The notes beneath the pieces were generated by a model that was not told where the DNA came from, ran no database searches, and was given only the letters and a program-made list of their open reading frames with translations. Source: Azolla caroliniana (Eukaryota; Plantae; Polypodiophyta). Taken from it: 64,000 nt of DNA. Position 1 is the stretch's first letter; each line of letters starts with the position of its first letter. The position numbers and the translations under genes were made by a program. This document shows, piece after piece, positions 27,444 to 38,531 of the stretch. The stretch covers positions 1,302,001 to 1,366,000 of the forward strand of contig JBHGNT010000018.1 in NCBI GenBank assembly GCA_043228905.1, written 5' to 3'.

Positions 27444-30400
27444 CCTTTGGGATGTATTCATGTAGAACTTTGTTCATTGCATTCATCATATGAGCAACCG
27501 AATTTGTCGCACCTTGAGGTAGAGTGCACATTCGAACCAACCCAATTGGTGTTTTTATTGTTGTGATATTGCGACTATCAATTGCTAGTTGAAATTGGTC
27601 GTGTCCTGAATATAGGTCTCCCAAAGAGTAAATTGCTCTTCCAGCAAACGCTTCCGCAAATTCATCAACGATCGGTCCGATTCCCGCATTTCGGATTGTG
27701 ACTTTGTTGACTGGTTGTAGATCTTGAATGAATCTTAGAGAACCATCTTTCTTTGGAACTGTGAACCATCTATTGGAGTATGGTGCATTTGAAGGCTCTA
27801 AAATCTTCATCTTGACTTTATCCTTCAACAGCTCCAACAATTGAGGTAATCGAGCTCTCGGTATTGCAATAGGTTTGAAATTCCAAGGAATATGAGGGAT
27901 AGTAAATATTACCATTGGCGTCACCACCTTTGGATTTACACAACCAATCTCCTCAACTTTGAATGCGAACGCTTTCCCATGCCTAAAGATCATTTCTTTG
28001 AAAGTCGTGATCTCTGATTGTAGAAGAAATTCACCCCTTCCGATTCTCAAGTTATTTATTGTCTCTGAAGTGAAGTGATGTCCCATCTTCTCTATTGGTC
28101 GAAGCATAGGCTCGGTTGCTGCTGCCTCCATCTTGTCTTCACTACCAATAGGTAATGGTACTGCAACAGGTTTGACCTTTTTATCTATTGTTTTACATAT
28201 TTTGTATTACATAAACTTTCTACTTCTTCATATTTACAATTATACCTATCAATTTCATAATACATATCAATTGAGTTTACATGTATCTTTCGAACATTCT
28301 CATCATCTTCTTTCAAATACATTTCTAACTCTTCTAAAGTATTTGCAAAAGAAATTTCTTCCATAACACTTTCAATCTGCTCTTCCATTTCAAGTACTCC
28401 ATTATCCTTCAATGCCTGCTGAAACAGATTAGCATTCTTTTTCAAGTTCCTCTTGCATTCATACATCCTAGTCACACATATAGCACCACTTTCAGAAACA
28501 TGAAATGACTTATTCATATGTTGTAATGCCCTATATGAGGGTCTTTTAATAATGGGACTATTGCAACCCTCACTCGCAACAGTCCTAGTCAAAAACCTGA
28601 TTATCAAAATCATCATAGTCTTTTGGTATTGAATGATCACGAAGCTCTTGCTTGTTCCTCTCATGATTTGGGCGAACTGTCATAAATTGTACAGTTCGTC
28701 GTCCATCTTGGCTACGGATTTTCGCATAGGCAGAACCATTGTCGAGGACTTTGGTCTCCATCCGTACCGCTGTAATGTATGGTTGCCCCAGGATTATTGG
28801 ATAGGTAGATCCTTCCTGCACAAAGAAATGTTGATCTACCTCTATATCACCAATAGTAACCTTTACATTTGGGCACGCACCAAATAAATCTTCCGTGACT
28901 GATGTGGCAACTTTTACTCGCCAACCATGTTGAGTATCAATTGGCCATCTACCTTTCTTGTAAAAATCAGCACTCATTATATTTATTTCAGAACCATGAT
29001 CAATAAGTGCCATCACGGGGTCTGGAACATTTCCAATCTTCACATGATGCTCAGTAGTGGCTCTTGCCCAACATTTGCGAGAGTAATGGCTTCTTACATC
29101 TGTTGAATTTATCATTGAGGTTATGCATGTTGAGAGTCAACAACGATATTGTTTGACTCGTTGCTCACCACTTCATATGCCACCTTCGGATTTGTCTCTT
29201 TAACCTGCTCATTTACTTGCTTCTTTCTTTCACAATATCAATTATTTCATCATGAAATTCCTTTTTTGCAATACCTAACACTTCTCTTAGTGTAAATTCT
29301 ACTCGACTGTCTAGTATTCTTGTTTCTAAAACTTTCTTTAAATCTGTATCCTTTTCAATATCAGACATTAATTTGAATGAAGGACCAGATTTACCTTTTT
29401 CGACCTTTGCGTCCATCTCTTTTCTTTTGCTGTCTCTTGTCTCATGCTTTTTTGTTGAGCCAATCTCATCATCCGGCCTTTTCCTTTTTTCTTCCACTAT
29501 CACCTCATGCTCTTGGTGTTTTGCCATCTGAGCATAGACCGTCATAGCATCTACTGGAACATCCCATCCAGTGTTTTTCCTTACAGAATCTCTGGCAACA
29601 CGAAGGTCTTCCATCTTCATCTTTTGCTTTTGTGCGATACTTACAACCTTCTCCTAGAATGATGATCGGGATGGCATGTCATCGAGGCGCATTCCTGCCG
29701 TTGCCGAGTAGTACATTGCAGAAGCCTTCTTTGCTTCAGCTTCTTCAAATTTAACCTTAACACCACCATCACCAAAGTTCTTTGTAAGTGGACTTCTAGT
29801 TTCAGTTAAATAAATGTTACCATTTTTCCAATACACCAAGTCTCAATTTTCCATGTCTTTGTATTCCGCACAATCATGTAATCGATGTTCGAGACTATCA
29901 CACCACATGCATCGTGGTCGAAATGGTTCCCTTGACCTCGAAGTCTGACCATTCTCAAGCTTTGCCACTTTAATTGTTAGATCTTTCATACTTTGAACTA
30001 AATCATCAAGCAAAGATTCACTCTTAGTTTCGATCATTTCTCGTGGTTGATGGACCATTTCGTGTGATGGTTCTTGACCAAGTCTTTGAACTTCGATGTT
30101 TTGCTCAAGCCGATTTGTGATTCCCACATGTGGTATTTGTAGCATTACACCATTCCTTTGCATTCTTTTCATAAATTTATTACAAGCATTTTTTACCTCA
30201 TTCCAATCTGTCGTTATACCATCCTCGGTATTTGGCACTTCAAGCATAAATTCCAATTCTTTTCTATATCTCTTGTCAACTGCTTGCAAAAATGAAGCAA
30301 CCTTTTGCCAAGACAAAGAATTTCTTTCTTCTGGCTTTAAGTGTCTATACATCCTATCAAACTCTTTTTTTGTGTCAGCCACAGATAACCCTTTATCTTC

Positions 30401-30801
30401 TTTTAAGATCCATTCATGAAATGAACGCATAGTAACTCGAGAGAAATCCTCACGAGCATATTCAGACACAAGTGCTTCTTTGAATGCATTCCAATCCAAA
30501 CTATGCAATGCTTGTATTTCACGAATTTTATCTCTTAATTCCATTTCCGCTAGTTTATAAAAGTTTGCTATCATATTGACATCATTCACACCAAACATTT
30601 CCATTTCATCATAATATATATTGACATACTTTGAAATATTTGTACCATCAAACACACCAATCTTCTCTCGAACTTCTCGTAAGGCATGAAATAATTGATC
30701 TTGATTCAATTTTTCAATAAACAACCTTACCGGATCCATTGTACTCGTACTTGCAATGTTGATGTTGATGTTGACTTTAGATGTCTCTTCTACTTCCCCG
30801 T

Positions 30802-30819
30802 TTCACGTCGGGTTCACCA
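30802..30819 (-). promoter_or_regulatory. Primer-binding site complementary to the tRNA-Trp 3' end
   Basis: Minus strand reads TGGTGAACCCGACGTGAA, the complement of the plant tRNA-Trp 3' end ...TTCACGTCGGGTTCA-CCA (recalled sequence). It lies 5 bp inside the 5' LTR. Confidence 0.8.
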
Positions 30820-33360
30820 AATTGTGTCGTGATGTGGCTCGCCTAGAAGCGTAGCGTTGCGCAAACAAAGGATAACGTGAAAGTGAGGAAGGAATCACTG
30901 GGATTATGGATGGAAGAGATGAAAGAGTAGAGATGGAGTGAATAGAGATCAATAAGATATGACAAAATAGGATTTTTAAGGAATATAAGATAAGACAAGA
31001 TAAGATATAAAATAATATATGAGAAAGTGTATGAAATTTATAATCATTTTCATGAAAGAGTTACAAAATGATTCTACACTTCGTTGAACCTCCGAACTTT
31101 GTCTTGCAAGGTAATCGCTCTTCTCTTTCTTGATCGTAGACCACTACAATTTTCACTTCAATATTTTGATGACGATAAGGCTCGAACTGCCTCCCTCTTG
31201 TTGAGAGTTGACCACCACGACCGCCAAGCTGGAGCTCCACCTTTATGTTAAACTTCTTCCCTTCTTTATCTATTTTTATGGAATCTCTTATGTAATACAT
31301 AATTTGATTGATATCTCATACATATCTCCCTTTGATCTTCTCTTTCACCCTTTAAATAGGTGCCCCCATGCATATGATGCATTGGAGGGTACAAGACATG
31401 CATGTGATGCATGATCGCCATTTGGCGTTCATGCATTACATGTGATGCATGATAAACATCTCGCTCATTTGAGCTTTTATGTATGAAACAATATATGTAA
31501 TAACAATAAACATAAAAATATAATTTTAAAGATAAAGGACCTAGCCTAATGGTAGGTGTGTTGACTTTGGTGTATGAGGTTGTGGGCTTGAGTCTCAAAA
31601 TACTATTGAATACAACATACAACTTTACTTTTATATCATGAAGCAAATCCTTTATGTAATATAAAGTATATATAAAGTATGCTTTATTTTATGTATATTA
31701 CTCGTATAGAGTAAATGGTAAGATTTGAGAGTCATAGGGTGGGGTTATTGGTTCAAGTCCTCTCTTGTTCATGTAATATATATAATATTATCATAGTGAA
31801 GCAAATCCTTTATGTAATATAAAGTATATATAAAGTATGCTTTATTTTATGTATATTACTCGTATAGAGTAAATGGTAAGATTTGAGAGTCATAGGGTGG
31901 GGTTATTGGTTCAAGTCCTCTCTTGTTCATGTAATATAATATATCTATCTATCTTTATATATAGTATTTGCCTCTACATATAATATATAATATTATCATA
32001 GTGAAGCAAATCCTTTATGTAATATAAAGTATATATAAAGTATGCTTTATTTTATGTATATTACTCGTATAGAGTAAATGGTAAGATTTGAGAGTCATAG
32101 GGTGGGGTTATTGGTTCAAGTCCTCTCTTGTTCATGTAATATAATATATCTATCTATCTTTATATATAGTATTTGCCTCTACATATAATATATAATATTA
32201 TCATAGTGTGTTGTTAATATTATCTTTATATATAAAACATTATCAAGATTTATTTTATTTTAGTTACATATTTATCTTATTGTAGACTTTTAATGTGAAG
32301 CTTCCGTACTTCACGACACCATAGCTTCCAATTCCAGAATTTGTCCCAACTCAACGGATGGCTTCATGCTCCCCTACAAGGTTGGGGGGGGGATATTGAC
32401 ACCTCTCAATCAACCTCTGGTATGCTCTTCACATTTGCTGGACGTGCTATAGCATAGCGAAGTAAAAGACAAACTTCGGTGGTGTTGTCAAGTACTGAAG
32501 CAGAGTATGTAGTAGTAGCTCTCATAGCCAAAGAAGAAATCTGGATTAAGACAATTATTGAAGATCTTGACATTTTCAAACTCTCAGAAATGAAGATCTA
32601 TTGTGACAAGCAGTCGTGTATAAAGTTAGCTGAAAACCAAAAGATCACAGATCAAAACGAACACATTAGAGCTCAACATCACTTTATAAGAGAATTGGTA
32701 GCAGCTAAAGAGATGATTTTATAATACATTTCAACAACCACCATGTGGGCTGATTTCTTAACGAAACCTGTCTCAAGCCAAAAACATTGGTTGTGTTGTT
32801 TAAAAATTGGCCTTAGTTTACTAAACCATAAGAAGAAATAAATCGCTTACCTTATTAATGTAAGCAATATATATTAGGAATCCTAATTTGATGAGAATAT
32901 TTTATTTATTCTCTTTAATTTACATATATATATATATATATATATTGTTTTATTAAAAATATATGTACATTTAAGTTTTATATATATTATAAAAATATTA
33001 TTAGTGTGAGTTCCCATTTTTAATGTGAGATAAAAATATGAAATTTATGGGAACCTTTTATTTATTTTATTTATTTACATATATTTATTTATCTTTAATT
33101 GTATTAAAAAATAAAATAAATACATTTAAGTTTTATATATATTATAAAAATATTTTTAGTATGAGGTCCCGTTTTAATAATAAAAATATCAATTTTTGTG
33201 GGAGAGTAAAAAGTGGGGAATTAATGAACCTTTTATTTAGGAATACGCTATTTGCCCCCCCTAAATTTATTTATTTTTGGCTATTTTGGCCCCCTTATTT
33301 TGGCTAAACCACCCCCGCCCCCCCAACAAAAAAAAAGAGTTGTCTACTCCTGCTTTCCAG

Positions 33361-33667
33361 ATCTCCAAAGGGGACAGACACTCTCTTCAGTATCTCTTAG
33401 AGATATGGCGTAAGCTCCTCTCCCTTCTTTCTCTTTCTTCTTCTTCTTCTTCTTCCTCAAGTTTTCAATCAATTCTGCGGATTCCTTTTTCTTTTACATT
33501 TATTCTTCATTTTCCTTCTCCTTGATGCGTTATCTTTGATGATTAAGAGTTAAAATGATGCCTTTCCGTCTTCTGAACTGTAGGTTTCCGTGGACGCTCT
33601 GAGAGTGGCCAATGGAATCGATGGTGATACCATCTATGTAGGAGAGACACTCATTATACCTAACTAA
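33361..33667 (+). pseudogene. Captured two-exon LysM-domain gene fragment inside the MULE
   Basis: Exons 33361-33409 and 33584-33667 with AG/GT borders. Removing a 4-bp duplication gives ISKGDTLFSIS*RYG|VSVDALRVANGIDGDTIYVGETLIIPN*, which fits the LysM consensus. Confidence 0.8.
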
Positions 33668-35094
33668 GGATCCATGTCACTCTCTGATGATTTCTATTGG
33701 ACTTTTATCCTATAAAATCATTTGATTTTCTTGTTACGGAATCTAAAATGAAAACCATTCTTGGGTAAAGAAAAGAAAACAAACTTTTCTCATAGTTAAT
33801 TTTTTCATATGCATCGAAATCAAAGAAATGATAATGTTCCCTTGCTCGACAAAAACTGAATCATCCGCTTTTTTTTTGGTCTGTTTGTTTCTGTATCGAT
33901 TTCCATATCCATGTTTGCTACTGGGATCTACAAGGATGGTGAGACTAACGTGCACTTCAGAAGTGAGTTCTCAAGATCAAAGGAGAGTCTTAGAGATGTC
34001 TTAGAGAAGATGATAGATAGATCTTTAAACAGTGGTTAAGTTTTGATGTGAAGCATGTTTTTAGAAATTAGGGAAAAGAGGGCCTCTCAGCCCCATAGAA
34101 CCTCAATTGGTTACATGATGTTTTGATCGATCTTGAATATCTCATTTTGTGGCCATCTTAAGGTCTCCATTGGTTAAATGATTTTCTAGGGATCTGTAAT
34201 ATCTCAAACATGATGGCTTGTGTTTCACATGAATCTCTTACTGTAAACCATATTGAACTAATTCTCCCCTTACAATAATGTGGTGTTAATAGTATGCCAA
34301 TGCCAATTCATTGTCTTCTGTGTCATCTGATAACATGTTCATCATTCCCCATCTTTTGTCACGTATATTTCTGTTTTGTTTAGCAATATTCATTGTCTGT
34401 TAGTTGTCTCTTATGTTTGGTGGTGGAAATAGGAAACAAGCAACTTAAATAGGTCTAGCTATGTCCATGGATCAAACAAAGCATTGTAACCTGAAACTTC
34501 TCTAAAGATACAACTTATGAGTCACCTAGGCAGTAAAGTGGAGAATGCTTATATCTTCTTTCCCAATAACACTTAAAACAATACCTTGTTGGAACAAATC
34601 TGCTTGTCTAAGACAAAGGCAGTCGTAGACTAGAATTTCCAACAAGCTTATTCCCCAATGAATGATAAGGCATAGTTAAGTAAGAGGTCCTTTGTTAAAA
34701 CCGTGTTCCTCTTCCAGCTAGAGGATGCAAAAGAGATTAAACGAGTGACTTGTCAAGTGATTTGGCTGTTGTTGTGAAGTACCAAATAGCTAAAATGAGT
34801 TATATTAATGGAAGTCAAATACAACCTTCTTGGTATTACAAAATAAAAATAAAAATTGTGATAGTTCTCACCTCAGCCAAATTTTTTTTGTGATATATAT
34901 CAACTATTACACTTTACAACCTCATAAAAAGGTTTATCAACTATTACATAAAAAGGAATCGTTGTCAATAACATTCTTAGTATTGCAGGGGAAAATAGCC
35001 AAAATGGGGGGGCAAATGCATATTGCAAGTGCGTGCATTGTGACCAGCTTGACCACATTTGGAACATTTGTGACCGGTAGAGTACTCAAATAGT

Positions 35095-36906
35095 GACTCT
35101 CCCTTTGGTTGGCCTTTTTGTTCTTCGACCCTGTAGGGCGACCTCGCTTCCTAGTCACCACCACTGGATTGGAGAGAGATTGCAGGGGTGCCTGACTTGC
35201 TTCATCCTATCGTGTCATGAGAACAACAACCTGGTCATCGTCAGTTTCATATAATCTTTGCTCGATGTTCCTCATCAAACGCTTTCTGGGAGACAAACAT
35301 CTCAACTATAGCGGCGTGTTGAACCACTGAACATGCAATCAAGTGCCATTGACAGTGAATATCTTCAATATGTAATCTTTCATTTCTTTGGATGCATCTC
35401 AAAATGTCATGACAACATGGGACACCAAAACTTGATCGAAACAACCCCATACATTCATCACCATAATCGTTGTCAATAACTTTCTTGTACTGCTCTAGTA
35501 ACTTGTCTAATGCCTGTTTGGATATCTTCTTTACTAGCGTCCTCATGAACTTGAGTGCATGTCGATGTGCCTTTGTAGACTTGTCAAACTCCATTTTGGT
35601 GTTCAATTCTATCAGCTGTGTGTCCAGTAGTAAACGAATTTTCTTCAATACAATGAGCAGATCGTTATTTACAATGCCTAAAACCCTCTTGACGACATAA
35701 TGGTTGCCTTCACTGCGAGAGGTGCTGGTCATTCCAAAGTGAGGGAAGCGACCAATCCAATAACGTACTTCTTGTCTTTGTGAATTAGCCAAGTCTTGTA
35801 TACATACTGCACCAACGCATCATGACTTGGTCGCCATTTCATTTGAAACGTGGCCAAGTTAGCCTCAAAATCTAGCTCGCTAGAAGAGTATAGAAGCTGG
35901 TTCCAGTCGTCCATATAGGCGTTTGTGTCGTCAGTGCTTGCAAACTTTGTCGTTGCATAGGCCAGAATGTTTTTGTTGACATGCCAGATGCAAAGCAAAT
36001 TCTTTGTAGAAGGGAACACGATAACAATTGCAGTCATCAAGGCAAGTTCTCGATTAGTTACAACTACTGATGGCTTTGTCACAAATTCGAATGACTGCAA
36101 TGCCCAAACATACATGGGTTCCGTCTCGTTGCATATGAACACAAATCCAACATTGAACGTACTATTTGTGGCCGTAATTCCAACGATTTTGAGCAACGAC
36201 ATGCCTTGAATCTATTCGTTTTGAAGGTGCAGTCCATGACAAATACCACACTGAACCGTTTGGCAAGATCTGCCGACTTTTGATGACAAAAGAAAAGGCC
36301 ACTGATTGAGCCGTTTGAGTTCACCTTGGAATTGAAGATAAAGTCGCCAGTGGAGATCTCATCGTACAACGCTTGAGTTGGCGAGTGCCCATCAAGAAAC
36401 TCGGCTCTTTCAACCACTTTTTCGTTGTAGATTTCTTTCCTGGTGGTCCATTGATTTCCGGTTTTTTCTCTCAAGTAGGCCAGAGTTGAAGCCGCACCAG
36501 TTCCAACATTTGCCATGTCTCGAACAATGGCTTTTTCTGTATCTGTTAGTCTACGAGCCGTTGATATACCACCGAGATTGTCAAAAATAGGATGGTTGTG
36601 TAGAATAACTGCCTTTTTAATAGTCCACTGTCCCGTTTTCTTCGAGAAGTTTGTTCTAACGAAGAATGGGCAGTCCATTAGACTAGTCCCTGTTTGTCTT
36701 TTGCGAGTATCGTCAGTCAAGCCTAGAGGGTTGCGATATTTTTCCCCATAGTAGCACTTGAAAGTGACTTTTCTATTGTCGCTATGCTTATCCACCACGA
36801 CGATGATATTCTGAGCACGGAAATGGTTCTTGATAAAACTGATTAGAGCCCCTCTCTCAGTGAAGGTTCTATCGATAATTGAAGCTGAAGACGGTTGGGG
36901 AGACAT
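35095..36906 (-). pseudogene. MULE transposase remnant (frameshifted)
   Basis: FAR1-like N-terminus (CPF...HNH), MDCTFKTNRF, VTNRELAL...FP...LLCIWHV, TSRSEGNH, SWIM GVPCCH, AT-hook RKRGRP. Confidence 0.88.
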
Positions 36907-37611
36907 GTTGTGAAGCCAAAATGGGGGATTAGCAGAACTACCAGAAAATTGGGGGGCAAAATAGCCAAAATGTTGAGAATGACCAGAAAATTGGGGGGCA
37001 AAATGGATGGGAACAACTATGTGTTGAGCTACGAAGTGAGAGCTATCAAAATGGCCAAAATAGGGGGGACAAAATAGCCAAAAAAAATTATTTATTTTTA
37101 GGGGGGGGGCAAATAGCGCATTCCTTTATTTATTATCATTATTATTTATATTTATTAAAAATAAAACAAATACTTTTATCTTTTAAGTTTTCCATCTATT
37201 ATATTAAACTATTATTTAATGTAAGTCCCTTTTTCAATGTGAAGTTAAATATCCCCTATTTAATGTGAAAGTCTCATTGTTATATAATATATATATTAGA
37301 AACTAAAAAGTATGAATTCTTTTTTTCTTTTCTTTTTAACGAATATTTTTCATGCATTCTTATGCGTATTCGTATGCATTCGTTTGGTAACCCCCACGAA
37401 TGCGAATATGCCAATCTATGAAATTTAGGATATTAGAAAATACTTTACCATGAATAAAGAACCATGATGGTTCACATGTAACTGTTTTACTTCAAGAACC
37501 GTGAAGGTTCATATGTAATAGTTTTCCCAAGATTGTACCTATATATATACCATGAATCATTATGTTAGGGAGTTTTTATACATAGAAGCTTTGTTATCTA
37601 AAATACTTACA

Positions 37612-38531
37612 CATCTATGGTCACTTGTAAGATCTACGGTCTCTCCCTTGATCTTATCCTTCGTGTAAAGTAGCTTCTCGAGGCTTCCATTGTTGGGATA
37701 CTCATATACTAACAATGCCTTCCCTTTCTCGTAGCACCAGCCACTCAACCACAACAAATTCCGATGCTGAATGCTGCTTATGATCCTCACCTCCGATGCA
37801 AAAGACGTTTCCCCACCCTCTTTCACATTCTCTTTCAGCTTCTTGATGGCCACTAGCTACTAGGATGTTGGATGTTCATTGGGCAATATACCTTTGTAGA
37901 CCTGGTTGAATCCACCCTCCCCAAGTAGCATTTTGTGGCTGAAATTGTTGGTGGCTCTCTTCAACATATTGTAGCTAAATTGTTGGATGTTCGCACTTGC
38001 TGCCGCATGAGCAATATACAGTTAAGATTTCTTTGGCCTCAAGATGTGGTAGAATTCTCCAATGGAAAATCAAATGATGATGATGAGTTAGGAAAAGGAG
38101 TGAAAAAGAGATGCCCAATATGAACCCTAGATCCTCATGGTTGGGAGGATTGGAGGATTTGAGTAGAGGAGAAATGTTGGTCAACTGAGCAGCATCAAAG
38201 GTCGAGATGTACCATGAATATATGTCATAGCCGGAGAGGGCTTGGTATTGTCTGCATGCATGGTAGATCCACTTGTTGTCGTTATGCCCACCCACATTGA
38301 TGTGTCTTGAAAAGCACTAGGATCAATGGAAGCTTGCAATACTGGGGATCGACCCTTGCGGTCGAGAGAATTTGCGTAGTCGGTACTGTCCTCATAGTTC
38401 ATCAACCAAACGTGGACCAAATTCGTGGAGGCTTTGAACTCAGTCCAGGCTTGAAAATTGAAGTTTCAAAGCAGAGAGAGGCCGACAATGCCCAAAGTAT
38501 CGATAGTCTTAATAGATTTCAAGCTATTGAA
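37612..38531 (-). pseudogene. LecRK type B copy 2, middle part (lectin C-terminus, TM, kinase N-lobe)
   Basis: [51 protein letters not shown]. Confidence 0.88.

Larger units (their letters stand above)
19129..32318 (-). mobile_element. Non-chromoviral Ty3/gypsy LTR retrotransposon (element B), tRNA-Trp primed
   Basis: LTRs 19129-20259 and 30825-32318 (TGTCGTG..CACGACA). 4-bp TSD CCGT/CCAT. PPT 20260-20271. gag 29843-30739, protease (LIDHGSEIN), RT (DLYSG, LPQGATNS, FLDD), RNase H, integrase with core deleted near 20955. Confidence 0.92.
33240..37124 (-). mobile_element. Mutator-like element (MULE) with captured host sequence
   Basis: TIRs GGAATACGCTATTTGCCCCCCCTAAA... / ...TTTAGGGGGGGGGCAAATAGCGCATTCC. 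8-bp TSD TTTATTTA at 33232-33239 and 37125-37132. Confidence 0.9.
32880..37424. mobile_element. Unclassified AT-rich non-autonomous insertion (~660 bp once the MULE is removed) in the 3' LTR of element A
   Basis: Splits the LTR at TTAGGA (32874-32879 / 37425-37430). Contains ~160-bp internal subrepeats and a subterminal hairpin GCATTCGT...ACGAATGC near 37376-37403. Confidence 0.55.
14711..37611 (+). mobile_element. Degenerate Ty1/copia LTR retrotransposon (element A), host of nested insertions
   Basis: 5' LTR 14711-14937 (TG..CA). 3' LTR split into 32852-32879 and 37431-37611. TSD CATCT at 14706-14710 and 37612-37616. Degenerate iMet PBS TCGTATCAAAGCC at 14938. Confidence 0.92.
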
